A DNA stretch of 59,093 nt from Octopus bimaculoides. Lineage: Eukaryota. This document shows, piece by piece, positions 11,966 through 24,719 of this stretch (positions within the stretch are counted from its first letter, which is position 1; every line of letters starts with the position of its first letter). A program made the position numbers and the translations under genes. The stretch lies in the NCBI RefSeq assembly GCF_001194135.2, contig NC_068990.1, positions 32,074,831-32,133,923 of the forward strand. The letters run 5' to 3'. The notes under the pieces are model-generated. The model saw nothing but the letters and a program-made list of their open reading frames with translations. It made no database searches and was not told where the DNA came from.

Positions 11966-12546
11966 ATAAATGCTGTCTGTGGGTGACATGACATACAGAA
12001 TCCACAACTCAAAAATAAAAGGCTAATTCTCCATTGCAACTTGAACATTAGGAACCCACCAAGGGTGCAATTCGCCTCTTCAGGAGAACACTCCTACAGA
12101 CAGAAACTGATACAAGACCTTACCTTGGGGCTTACATGTATCCCGACAGGCAAGAATAATGTGTCAACCTCTATCTACACATTCAAATTCTGAATTCAAA
12201 CGTCATGCACAGCATTTATGAGAAAAGACCAGTAAATTCGAGCCACGGCAAAACCATCGGATATGAGTGGAGAAAATTAAATAATTAAAAAGTAATGTAA
12301 TAATACATTACAGAGGATATACCATAAACAATTAATAATTATCTATGAATATATCAATGGCCAAACATGTTATCATAAAATTCACAGAGGTTAAGGTCTT
12401 GTATCAATTTCTATCCACAGGAACATTCTCCTGAAGAGACAAATGGGACCCTTAGCAGGTTCCCAACATCGAAACTGCAACAGAGAAACAACCGTTTCTT
12501 TTTAAGTTGTGGATTCCATGTCATGTCATCTGCAGACAGCATTTAT
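11966..12546. mobile_element. MITE-like foldback element with imperfect inverted arms of about 160 bp
   Basis: ataaatgctgtctg..gatacaagacctt (11966-12122) is the reverse complement of aaggtcttgtatc..cagacagcatttat (about 12393-12546). Confidence 0.75.
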
Positions 12547-12780
12547 GTATATATATGTGTGTTTGTGTCTGTGTTTACCTTCAGCAGTGCTTGACAACTG
12601 GTGTTGATGTGTTTACATCCCCATAACCTAGTGGTTCGGCAAAAAAGGCCAATAGGATAAGTACAGGGCTTGCAAAGAATAAGTCCTGGGTTTGATTTGT
12701 TCAACTAAAATCCCTTAAGGTGGTGCTCTAGCATAGCCACAATCAAATAACTGAAACAAGTAAAAGAATAAAAGAATAGA
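12547..12780 (+). mobile_element. SINE family A, 3' half
   Basis: From the microsatellite to the tail. A matching mid-piece at about 11745-11820 suggests the copy was split by the 11966-12546 foldback. Confidence 0.7.
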
Positions 12781-13369
12781 ATAAATACAACGACAACATG
12801 AACAGTTAATTATCAGTCTTTAATGCTTCAATCTTTTTCTTAATATTTTAAATTCTAGTTTGAAATATCTGTTTCACATCTTTTACAGTTATATTGATAA
12901 TGTCCTGGTCATCGCAAAGTTTGACGCCGGCCAAAGTCTTCATAAATACTCTACCTTCTTCATTGGTATGTATAGGGTGCAGGTTGATCCCAGGAACAAT
13001 GTTATTCCAGATCATAGTGTTCGGGTCCCATGGTTTGATGTGTATGTCAATGACAAACCTGTGTATAACTTCATCTGCTTTGACCATCATGCAAACATGC
13101 TCATCACACCAGCATTTGGCGTATGACTGGCAAAGATGGCTTCATTGGCGCTCCTCTTTCGAGAAAGTTTCACTCTCCAGGTTGATCTTATTGCATATTC
13201 GATAAACATCAGCCATAGATACTGTCCGACTAATGACAGGCATGAAATGAACCCCACATCGATTCATGTCGACTTGTGGTATGTAGCGCTTCATCAGATT
13301 GTTGAGATTGACTTTTCGGTGGTCTCTCTGGAATAGCGTTAATTGTAAACCTATGATTTTGCCATCAGT

Positions 13370-13560
13370 TGGGCAAAAAAAGGTGTCATGGAATCCAAGT
13401 AGAAGGAACTTGTAGGAGAGGAACACTAAAGAAGACATGAAAAGGAGTGGATGCTAAGCTTCAAAAAGGACATCACAGATGACCACAACAAGTGACAAGA
13501 TACTGTACTGAAGAAGACATATTAAGTGCATGCAAACATGGAAAAACAGGCATAAAACGA
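13370..13560 (+). mobile_element. Very decayed RTE ORF C-terminal fragment
   Basis: KKRCHGIQVEGTCRRGTLKKT* aligns with KKCQTLVVEGTCGRGRPRKTW at 58.4 kb. Confidence 0.55.
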
Positions 13561-13681
13561 TGATTCTACGTTCAAAATTCACTGAGATCAACTTTAATTT
13601 TCATGCTTTTTGAATTGATAAAATGAAGTAACACTTAAGTACTAGGGCAATTCTATCTGTCTGTCTGTCTCTGCCTGTCTA

Positions 13682-13781
<100 letters not shown>

Positions 13782-14119
13782 TATCAATTATACCTAATTA
13801 TTGATTATCATTCGACCGAAAATGTTAGTCAATCCTAAGTCTAAGTAAATGAGTAAGTTTGAGCTAAGAACTAACAACTTTTGGTCATAAAAACTGACCG
13901 GCTATAGAAACTGTCCAAGGAATCCAAAGAAAATTTTTGCCACTCAGAGACCAATATGTCAGGTATGAAAAAGATTAATGCATGATGCTGCACCAAGACA
14001 GACAAAGAATTAAAGTGGTTGTGGCTGTGCTGATGGTAGTAGGGTAGTGGTGGTAGTAATGATGATGATGATGACAAAGATGACAGCGGAGGTGGTGGTG
14101 ATGGTGTGATGATGATGAT

Positions 14120-14150
<31 letters not shown>

Positions 14151-14564
14151 TGGAGGTGGAGAACTAGGAGCATGAGCTCCATCCTGGCCTATCCTAAATG
14201 GAATATTTACTTCAATGAAATTACAGAGGGGAATAACATTCCTGATACAGAGTGAGGAATTTAGTTGGATATTCTCCAGCAAAGAAACAAGCAAAATACA
14301 TTTTACATATATGTACACACATACACACGCACACATACTCACCCGCTCACTGAAATGCATGCATAAAAATTATTGGGAGAGTCCCTATGTGTGTGTATGT
14401 ATACAAATGCACACGTATATGTAACATGTATGCATGTGCACATACACCTATATAATGACAAAGACAAGTACAGCTGTACACACTCCGACATATACATTTG
14501 TAAGTAAACAGAAAGTGGGAACAAGAAACAGATTAATTTCATCTACAAACATCTATTTATGCGT

Positions 14565-14612
<48 letters not shown>

Positions 14613-14871
14613 TTTATAGATAAAATTTTATGTGTTTCTTTGTTCTCACTTTCTATTTATGTATGTTTGTGTATGTTTGTGCTTCTGTTATTATTTATGT
14701 GTATGGACACATGCATATATGTACATAGGCGTATGTTTAGATACATACATATATACATATACATATATTCATGTATGTGTGTATATTATCTATCCATCTA
14801 CCTGTGAGTAATTATATATATGTGTGTGTATGCATATGTGTGTGTGTGTGTAGACACACAGACATATACTC

Positions 14872-15066
14872 CTTTACTTGTTTCAGTCACTTGACTGCGG
14901 CCATGCTGGAGCACCGCCTTTAGTCGAGAAAATCGACCCCAGGACTTATTCTTTGTAAGCCTAGTACTTATTCTATCGGTCTCTTTTTGCCGAACCGCTA
15001 ATTTATGGGGATGTAAACACACCAGCATTGGTTGTCAAGCGATGGTGGGGGGGGGGACAAACACAG

Positions 15067-15097
<31 letters not shown>

Positions 15098-15257
15098 CAT
15101 ATATACGACGGGCTTCTTTCAGTTTCCATCTATCAAATCCACTCATAAAGCTTTGGTTGGCCCGAGGCTATAGTAGAAGACATTTGCCCAAGATGCCATG
15201 CAGTGGGACTGAACCCGGAACTATGTGGCTGGTAAGCAAGCTACTTACCACACAGCC
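14872..15257 (-). mobile_element. SINE family A
   Basis: Reverse-complement copy of 2475-2913. Confidence 0.88.
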
Positions 15258-15263
15258 AATAAT

Positions 15264-15558
15264 GATAGTTATGGCCAGTCTTTGTGGTTTCCCAGTATTT
15301 TACATCTCTTTGGACCCTAATGGCTGGTAGCCTGTAACCTCAGTTGTTGGCCATGCATGTTTCAGCAAGACTCAGCACCTTTTAAAGCCCACATACTCCA
15401 AAATGGATGTCAGACAATCTTTATATTTATGTTGTACCAAACTTGCCAGATTTAAATTCCATAGGAAACTAGCCATTAGGGTCTGAAGAGATGCTGTATA
15501 GCTAAGCGCTCTATAGACACGAAACCTTAGGTAACCCCAGAGACTGGCCATAACTATC
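15264..15558. mobile_element. MITE-like element with an 18-bp perfect terminal inverted repeat
   Basis: gatagttatggccagtct / agactggccataactatc, plus an inner match catctctt..gaccctaatggct. Confidence 0.75.
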
Positions 15559-15625
15559 TTTATCTAATAACTCTACTGCTCTATAACTTAGAGTGTGCTC
15601 CTCTTTCAAATATATATATATAATT

Positions 15626-15664
<39 letters not shown>

Positions 15665-16062
15665 TCATCATCATCATTGTTTAATGTCCACTTTCCATGC
15701 TAGCATGGGTTGGATGATTTGACTGAGGTCTGGCGAACCAGATGGCTGCACCAGGCTACAATCTGATCTAGTGGAGTTTCTACAGCTGGATGCCTTTCCT
15801 AACGCCAACCACTCTGAGAGTGTAGTGGGTGCTTTTACATGCCACCGGAACGAAGGCCAGTCAGGCAGTACTGACAACGGCCATGTTCAAAATGTATTTT
15901 ATGTGCCACCTGCACAGGAGCCAGTCCAGCGGCACTGGCAATGACCTCGCTCGAATGTCTTTTCACGTACCACCGGTACAAGTACCGGGAAGGCGACGCT
16001 GGTAACGATCATGCTCAAATGGTGCTATTAACATGCCACTGGCATGGAAGCCAGATAGCTGC
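15665..16062 (-). mobile_element. RTE LINE 3'UTR copy
   Basis: Same 3'UTR consensus and (CAT)n tail. Confidence 0.85.
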
Positions 16063-16617
16063 TAATATCCCAGAAACAGCTGTAAGACTAACTTTCTCTT
16101 TATAAATGTCCTGAAAATTCTACAACTCATTTTATTTAACATTTACATGCTCATACAAGACCTGCATTAAACTCCTCACTCGTATCATTATATTGTGCCA
16201 CCTTGGATCTTCTGGACGCCTATACCTCTCATATATNNNNNNNNNNNNNNNNNNNNNNNNNNNNNNNNNNNNNNNNNNNNNNNNNNNNNNNNNNNNNNNN
16301 NNNNNNNNNNNNNNNNNNNNNNNNNNNNNNNNNNNNNNNNNNNNNNNNNNNNNNNNNNNNNNNNNNNNNNNNNNNNNNNNNNNNNNNNNNNNNNNNNNNN
16401 NNNNNNNNNNNNNNNNNNNNNNNNNNNNNNNNNNNNNNNNNNNNNNNNNNNNNNNNNNNNNNNNNNNNNNNNNNNNNNNNNNNNNNNNNNNNNNNNNNNN
16501 NNNNNNNNNNNNNNNNNNNNNNNNNNNNNNNNNNNNNNNNNNNNNNNNNNNNNNNNNNNNNNNNNNNNNNNNNNNNNNNNNNNNNNNNNNNNNNNNNNNN
16601 NNNNNNNNNNNNNNNNN

Positions 16618-16800
16618 CGTAAAAGCACCCACTACACTCTCGGAGTGGTTGGCGTTAGGAAGGGCATCCAGCTGAAGAAACTCTGCCAAATCAGATTGGA
16701 GTCTGGTGTAGCCATCTGGTTTCACCAGTCCTCAGTCAAATCGTCCAACCCATGCTAGCATGGAAAGTGGACGTTAAACGATGATGATGATGATGATGAT
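16618..16800 (+). mobile_element. RTE LINE 3'UTR copy (5' end lost in gap)
   Basis: cgtaaaagcacccactac..aagggcatccagctg..gttaaacgatgatgat. Confidence 0.85.
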
Positions 16801-17740
16801 ATAGATATATAGATATATATATACATACACATCTATCTATCTGTCTGTTTGTCTATTTTCCTATGTATCCATCCATCCATTCATCCATCCATCCATCCAT
16901 CCATTCATCCATCCATCCATACATACATACACACACATACATACATACATACATACATACATACATACATAGACATATGTATATGTGCACTTGTATACAT
17001 ATATACACATACATATACACAACACACACACACACATTTTATATGTGCACTAAAAATTCTAGAATATATAAATATACTACATATTTTCTTCTGTTTTGCT
17101 AAGCTGAAACCTGAATATCATTCATCACCTTGTTTACTGTATATGTATCTCTATTACATCACTATTACTAATTATTTAATTAATTCCATTTGTGTTGAAA
17201 GATCAACTGTTAATCATATTTATACACTCAGTTTATGTAGCAAACTTAGTCAAGATTCTCCAATTTCTGAGGATACTTATCCGTATTTTTTTTATTTGTT
17301 TTGTTTTTATTTATTTAAAAAACTTTTTTCATATTCTTCTTCTTCTGAGAGCTATTTTCTCATATTTGGCCAAAACTAACTGAATTATTCTTCCCCCTCA
17401 TAATCATTTAATGTCTACTTTTCTGTGCTTGCATGAGTTAAACAGAATTTGTTGAGGAAGATTTTCAACGTTTGGAAGCATTTTTTGTTCGCAATCCTTG
17501 CCTAGCATTGCTCACGACCAAATAGGTTTCTGTGGAAGATTAGGAACAAAAAACACTGCCTGCATGATGGTGACATTTGTTTATAGCTATCACATGGAAT
17601 CAAGGCAAGGAGTCAATAAAACACACACACACACACACACACACGGATACTACATATGCATACATGTAAACATATACACATGCATATACATAAATACATG
17701 TAAACAACACACACATATGCATATGTGTATGTATGTATTA

Positions 17741-18151
17741 TTTTATTCTTTTAGTTGTTTCAGTCATTTGACTGTAGCCATGCTAGAGCCCCACGTTTAG
17801 TTGAACAAATCAACCCTAGGACTTATTCTTTGTAAGCTTAGTACTTATTCTATTCGTCTATTTTGCCAAGCTACTAAGTTATGGGGATGTAAACACACCA
17901 ACATCGGTTGTCAAGTGATGGTGGGAGGACAAACACAGACACAGACACAGACACAGAGAAATATATATATATATATATATATATATACAACAGGCTTCTT
18001 TCAGTTTCCATATAGCAAATCCACTCACAAAGCTTTGGTTGTCCTGAGGCTATAGTGGAAAACACTTGCCAAAGGTGCCATGTAGTGAGACTGAACCTGG
18101 AACCATGAGGTTGGGAAGCAAGCTTCTTACCACACAGCCACTCCTGTGCCT
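17741..18151 (-). mobile_element. SINE family A, followed by a partial second copy at about 18170-18280
   Basis: Reverse-complement copy, more diverged. Confidence 0.83.
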
Positions 18152-18902
18152 ATAATGTATATACAATGTGCTTCTTTCAGTTTCCATCAACCAAATCCAC
18201 TTTCAAGACTTTGGTCAGCCTAGGGCTATAGTAGAAGACACATGCCCAGCATGTCACACAATGGGACTAAACCAGAGGCAAGGCTTCTGAATTCATAGCT
18301 GATGGCATTCTATTACTTCCTTTCCAGCTGAGATACCACATCATATCTGCCCCTGTTCAACCTCATTTCAAAATCAACTTAACCTTTCATCTCTTTGGCG
18401 TCAGTAAAAAAACATCTCTCCAGGGCAGGAGATAGGGAGAATAGTGAGAATCTAGGACTGCATCTTTTTTGTATTTGTTTTAGGCTCTTTGTATTCTGAG
18501 TTCAAATTCCACCTTGGCCCATTTGGGTGGTAAACTTAATCATTTGGTTTAAGAGCACTATTTGGCAGTTATAGTGACCTTAGGAGATCCCACTCTGTTA
18601 CCAGTATTTGGGCAAAGTCTTCAGTTTGATGATAATTTCCTCTCTCCCTCCCACCAGTTTTTATTGGCATGATTTTTACAGCTGGATGCCCTTCCTAATG
18701 CCAACTACCTTACAGAGTCGACTGGGTGCTTTTTACATGGCATCAACATTGGTGAGGTCACCAAGTAATTTGCAAGACAAAGATTTTTTGAGAAGTTGGT
18801 GATATTCAAGGAGGTGACTTTGTGCCAAGTGATGAGAAGTTAGAGTATGACAGAGAGGACAAAAATAAGTGTCTTGTTACAGAGAAGGTGCATGATTGTC
18901 AC

Positions 18903-18958
<56 letters not shown>

Positions 18959-19064
18959 CTGAATAATTATGTGTGCATGTTTATAAGAAAGAATATGGAG
19001 GCATAGGAATTGAAGTCTAAAAAAATGTCATTTAAATTAATCTAATTTATTTTCTCTTTCACAG

Positions 19065-19145
19065 GTAATATTGGTCGAAGTGAATGCTTTTCTCTCATAT
19101 CAAGACAGACATCTCTAAGTAACAATTGAATAATATTCTGGGCAG
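19065..19145 (+). other. Candidate non-coding (5'UTR) exon of the membrane-protein gene
   Basis: Branch-like tctaat at 19041, tract ttttctctttcacag| at 19064, donor ggcag|gtgaca at 19145. All three frames contain stops. Confidence 0.35.
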
Positions 19146-19881
19146 GTGACAGATACAGAATTTCATACCTGATCAACCCATACAATATTCAATTACTGGA
19201 GCAGCCAATACTCAATGAAACCCACAAGTTTTTTCTATCTGAATATAATAATCCAGTGATGGAGACAAGGAATGACTACATTGATAAATTTAGTCATTAA
19301 CTAGAAATACTCAGTAAAATCCCACAATTACTAGCCAATACATGCAAAAGGAATACTTCTATGTATACAACTATTTTATTTTAAAACATATATTGTCTTA
19401 CAAAAACAGAGGTTAATTTAATGAATACAATTAATTTAATGAAAACAGAAAAAGCATGAAATCTGGGAGAAAATATTTTCAGTTGACTGAACCAAGGATA
19501 TCAGAATATCTCTCTTACTCTGAAGTGGTGTAATATCATCCTTACCAGAGTAATATTGCCTTCATCTTCAAAACTTAGAAATACTATAATTTAACTGAAG
19601 AATTATGTTGCAACAGATATATGAATTCAAACAGAACTCACTGAGAATACACAACAACAAAAAAGATAAAAGCAGCAATTATCATTAATGACATAATTTT
19701 CCATTGATTTTTAATTTCTTTTATTTGCCACAATTGCAAGATGTTTATAAAATAGAATGACACATTTGTTTTGACATTTAAGATTTATATAACAATAAAA
19801 ATCATAATAATTTGGGATATTGTATTTATTTTCAAGCATTCATAAAGACTCTAGCTTTCATATTTCCTCCTCTATAGAAAA

Positions 19882-20217
19882 ATGCCACTCCTTCACCGGA
19901 TTCTTCGAGATAACATAGAAATGGCCGTATCTACTTTATCATCTCTAAATCAAACTGTTCCTGTCGTTGGGAATGTAAACATACCAATCATACGGAATCT
20001 CAACAACACATCTACAGATTCAGGAATACTGAACACCTCTGTGGACAATTCCCTTACTTCAGGGCAAATTAAAATGAGTGAGTTACTAATCATCAAAGTA
20101 GTAGTGCTCGTTGGTGTTGTTAGTATCTTGCTGTTATCATCTTGCCGTTTTGTCTTTAAAATGTTTTCTCGTTACATAACGGACAGTAAAGATGACAGGG
20201 ATCTTTCTTTTGGATAA
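19882..20217 (+). CDS. Orphan small single-pass membrane protein, 111 aa (or the last exon of a longer membrane protein)
   Basis: Strong acceptor tatttcctcctctatag| 4 nt before aaaaATG. N-glycosylation sequons at N23, N41, N42 and N51; hydrophobic segment at residues 68-88; then C88, R89, K93, R97 (positive-inside pattern) and a short charged tail. AATAAA at 20297 and 20504. Not repeat-like. No family recognised. Confidence 0.65.
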   Translation: MPLLHRILRDNIEMAVSTLSSLNQTVPVVGNVNIPIIRNLNNTSTDSGILNTSVDNSLTSGQIKMSELLIIKVVVLVGVVSILLLSSCRFVFKMFSRYITDSKDDRDLSFG

Positions 20218-20705
20218 ATACTTTGCTCAGTATCCCATCACCATAGCCATTCCTAATATCACTGCAAAACCCTTCTTCAATTTGACTGAACTTTTGAATA
20301 AATTCTCCAGAAGAAAAAAAGAAATAACTGGTTGAATATTTTCACAAAAAACTAACTGAAATATAAATATCTTCCCTATCCTTTCTAATTGCTTAGTTCT
20401 CAATATTTTTTTCTGCTGCAGAAATAGAGACTAAATTTTAAATTAAAAGAAAAGTTTAGGATATATCCATTATTTTTTTAAAGAATTTTATTCACAGTTT
20501 TGAAATAAAGAAAGAAAATGTTTGACTCTGATGCCTTGGTGGATTATGTATGAACATTTCAATGTACAAGATATTTTATTTAAAAACCAAAATCATGGTA
20601 ATGCTAAAATTTCATTTGAAGCAAGTTGAGAAAGCACGTTTTTCTTAATATATGATGTTTAAGTGTAAATATATGTAGGTTCATTGTATAATTGTGTATG
20701 TGCAG

Positions 20706-21027
20706 TGAAGACTCGTGGCTTAGTGGTTAAGATATTTGGCCCATGTTTGTAAGGTTGTGAGTTCAATTTCCAGCAATGTGTTGTGTCCTTGAGCAAGATA
20801 CTTAATTTCATGTTGCTTCAGTCCACTCAGCTGGTAAAAATTAGTAGAACCTGTATTTCCAAAGGCTAGCCATGTCACATTCTGTGTCACATTGAATCTC
20901 TTTGAGAACTATATTAAGGATACATGTCTGTGGAGTGCTCAGCCACTTGCATGATAATTTCACAAGCAGGCTGTTCTGTTCATCAGATCAACTAGAACCC
21001 TAGTCATTGTAACTGACAGAGTGCAAG
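20706..21027 (+). mobile_element. tRNA-headed SINE family D
   Basis: TGGCTTAGTGG A box, GAGTTCAATTTCC B box, gtgtccttgagcaagatactt core; second copy at about 39820-40135. Confidence 0.82.
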
Positions 21028-21088
21028 TTTGTTATGAACGTATGTTATAAAATGGGTTTGTCAGGCATCATAGTGCAGTAGTAGTAAG

Positions 21089-21729
21089 AATATTAATGCA
21101 GTATATGAGGATCAGACAACGGTGGTTCCAGAAATTTTGAGCTGGAAACTACAGCCTAGAAGATGAGCCTCATCCTGGAAGATCTTTAGAGGTCGATGAG
21201 GATATCCTGCAAACCTTGGTGGAACAAAATCTCATTGTAACTGTTGAGGAACTAGCAGAGAAGCTTGAATTTAGTCATTCAACCACTCATTCAAGTTAGC
21301 ACTAGACGAAAAACAACCATCTTTGGTTTCAAGACGAAAGGTGTTCTTCCATCAGGATAATGCTTGGCCACATACAGCGAGGATGACATTTAAAAGGCTG
21401 CAGCAATTTGGATGGGAAATGATGCCTCACCCACCATATTCGCCAGACATTGCTCCATCTGATTATCATTTATTCTGCAGTCTTCAAAATCATTTGGACG
21501 GAAAAAATATGAATTCTGTAGACGAGGTCATAACAGTACTGGAGGAGTATTTTCATCATGGACAAGTGAATTTTGGAAGAGGGGCCTTGCGAGTCAGCCA
21601 GATAGATTGAAGAGCATTGTAGAAAATGAAGAAGAGTATATTTTAAATTAAAAAAGAACTTTGTTTATCTTAATTTTGAAAAATAAAAGAAATATTTAAA
21701 TAATGCATTATTTATGGGGTGACCCAATA
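21089..21729 (+). mobile_element. Mariner (DD34D) element, internally deleted and 5'-truncated
   Basis: FFHQDNAWPH and MPHPPYSPDIAPSDYHLF motifs; right TIR ttatttatggggtgacccaa followed by TA. Confidence 0.9.
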
Positions 21730-22338
21730 TGTGCAAAATGGAAGCTGCAAGTTACTACACAAGGAAATGTTAATTGATATGAAGATTTTGAGAAGCTTAA
21801 ATTAAAAGAGAACACAGTAAAAAGTAGACAGAATTTGTTATAGGGAGATAAGCTACAGGAGAAAGTTAACAGAAAGTTGACTTTTCCATTGACAGGTATG
21901 TTTCTCAACTGTGAGACTGAGTTTTATCAAAGGAAGATGATGTGTTTACAGGCAGACGTTATTACTATCTTCTGATTCTTCTTTTTCTTCTCATCCTCCT
22001 TTTACCACCTTCACATTTTTCTTCATTTTCTACTAAACTCCCACAACCTTAAGTCTTGAAATCCCAGTTTCAGCCTCTCCTACATACTTTATTTTATTCT
22101 CCACATCATTTGCATAAAGAGAACCATTGATTGCCAATATGTTGTAGCTTATGTTTGAGTTTTGCTTCCTTTCCTTATTCCTGCTGTGCTGAGTAATCCT
22201 GTATGTTGTCTAAGAAATACTGCTTACCTTGGACAGTTCCCAAACTCATAAACATAAGCCATGCGGGTTTTTAAGAAAAAATTTCATATCCAGATGTCAG
22301 TTATAATTCAAGTGCATTTTGTTTAAAGAACTTCATTA

Positions 22339-22753
22339 GGCATAGGAGTGACTGTGTGGTAAGTAGCTTGCTTACCAACCACATGGTTCTGGGTTCATTC
22401 CCACTGCGTGGCACCTTGTGCAAGTGTCTTCTACTATAGCCTCGGGCCGACCAAAGCCTTGTGAGTAGATTTGGTAGACAAAAACTGAAAGAAGCCCGTC
22501 GTATATGTATATATATATATGTATGTATGTGTGTGTATATGTTTGTGTGTCTGTGTTTGTCCCCCCAGCATCGCTTGACAACTGATGGTGGTGTATTTAC
22601 GTCCCCGTAACTTAGCAGTTTGGCAAAAGAGACTGATAGAATAAGTACTAGGCTTCCAAAGAATAAGCCCTGGGGTCGATTTGCTCGACTAAAAAGGCGG
22701 TGCTCCAGCATGGCTGCAGTTGAATGACTGAAACAAGTAAAAGAGTAAAAGAG
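22339..22753 (+). mobile_element. SINE family A
   Basis: Full-length copy. Confidence 0.88.
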
Positions 22754-24462
22754 TATTCTTGAAGTCGTTTCAGTGTATGTGTGTGTGTTTGTGTGTATGT
22801 GTGTACATACATACATCATCATCATCTTACAGCAATTTTCCATGCTGGTATGGGTCGGTAGATTGTTACTGTCAAATCAGCATGTATTCAAGGATGATGC
22901 TCACCTAGACACGTCAGGAAACCACATGTCGCTCATTTAATTTTGGGGCTTTTTTCTTCTATGGCTGGATGCTCTTAATAATATGTACCACTTTACAGAA
23001 TGTACTGGGTGCTTTTTTATTGCACCAGCACTAGCAACTTGAAAAACTAAAGAACATGAGAGAGAGAGAGAGGGGGGGAGACATGAAGAGAAGTAAAATA
23101 AAAATCAGAGACTCTCTAGACAATAGCAGGTGACATATTCAACTAAGCCTGAAACCTTTAAATCAGATGTTCAAAAGCAATCCCATGTAGCTCTGATGAG
23201 TGTGAACAAAGCTGCAGCAGTATGAATCTTGTCATAATGAGAATAAGGTCTAAACTGTTAATTAACCAAGCGAATAATCTCATTTTTATTAAACTTCATG
23301 CTCTTCCAATTCCAACGTAGGAACCAGATGTTTATGTACACAATTGGCTCAGGTGTTATCCTCCAGTATCTGAAATTCAAACAAAAGTAATGAAGTCTAA
23401 GGGTTTCATTGTGAACAGAGTTTCTAACAAATCTGTTCAAAATTTCAAATGGAAAACTTCAAGGGAAGCCTAAATAAATTATTTTAAGAACTGTATTTAA
23501 TAAACTGTATTGCCAAGAGGGTTTGGAATCATGATTAGGTACATATCACCATTATGAAGTAGAATTTAGTATCAATGCTGGCTGGGGTAAAAAAAAAAAA
23601 AAAAATGCTGTTTGCATGTATAGTGCTGTAGAGGGATCTATAAAGTTCAGCTTATCCATCTTTAATAAAATTTCTCCTAAACTATGAGGCCAATTGTTAT
23701 CAAAATTGGAGCATAGATTGATTAGACCTATTCAAAGGTTAATCAGGTATTGATATACCTGCACACACGTACCAGCCTCTTTTGATATCAGTCTAATTTG
23801 AGTATTTATTTTTTTCTAAGGCACTTACTGTGACATGGGCTTGCAGTGCTCACTTATACATCCCCATCATCTAAGTAGTACTTTCAGCATTCTCTTACTT
23901 CTTTTTCAGCACTATACCACTGTGTATATATGCATTCAATAACAAGGACACTGTCTATATTTATCTCAGGGTATTTCCTACAGATGGTATTGTATGTTGT
24001 TTTAGTCAGACATCAATCACAGTGGGATGTATTAACCTGATGACATTTTTGGGCAGTGATAAGTTATTCAGTGAGGAATAAATTGAGTTCTGGAAGTGCT
24101 TTGTAGTGTAGTTTCTTGCAGACTACCAACCAAGTCATCAGTCTTTCCCCGCTGACAATGTTATCATCTTTACTACCCCTCCTGCCTCCTCCCCACTCTC
24201 TTCTGCATCCTGCTATCTCCCCCACCCAACTCATGGCTTCTTGCACATCTGCCCTTCAACACTACCTGTTCTGTTAGTCTGCCTCTCACCCCCTCCCCTT
24301 ATTCTTCTTTACATACAATCTTGCAAACTGATTTTTCAACTCACCTTATGCCTTGTGGGGTCTTCTAGGCACTTTATCACCATTATCTCTTTTAACTCCT
24401 ACTATTCATTTTTGCATAATAATAATAATAACAATAATAATAATAATAATGATGATGATAAA

Positions 24463-24700
24463 AAAAATATTCAGACAAATACATAACAAAAACACCAGGA
24501 CTTACAAATATATATAACATACAGAAAATTGCACCACTGGGCACTGCACACATCCTATGCAAAACACTTTCAATACAGTAACCATAAGAGCATCACAGCA
24601 AACCACAGCACATAATCAAGGCACACAGAGCTGTGCTCCGTAGTGAAGTGAAAGCATGCTATAAAAATAAAACTACTGAATAATAATAATAATGATAATA
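24463..24700 (+). mobile_element. R4/Dong-like (RLE-type) LINE 3' end within an (AAT)n tract
   Basis: IYNIQKIAPLGTAHILCKTL matches my recollection of the QK..LLGTAHILRK terminus of R4/Dong-type ORFs; (AAT)n on both sides. Confidence 0.65.
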
Positions 24701-24719
24701 ATAATAATAATAATAGTTT

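Noticed and set aside
13100-13150. Selenocysteine reading of the in-frame TGA
   Set aside because: Context is UxxxC rather than UxxC/CxxU, no selenoprotein family is recognisable, and I saw no SECIS by eye.
12860-13336. Gypsy integrase, Penelope RT (YIDNVLVI), cadherin (VNDKP) or kelch (WDPNT..W) identity
   Set aside because: Each rests on one short motif; spacing and catalytic or consensus residues do not follow.
13370-13438. N-terminus MSSLVFLSYKFLLLGFHDTFF of the 13142-13438 ORF as a signal peptide
   Set aside because: It is the antisense of a decayed RTE fragment.
14030-14165. Poly-Asp/Glu/Gly or poly-Pro/His ORFs
   Set aside because: Compound trinucleotide microsatellite with no splice or coding context.
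23185-23225. Hammerhead ribozyme core CTGATGA
   Set aside because: No stem II or GAAA follows.
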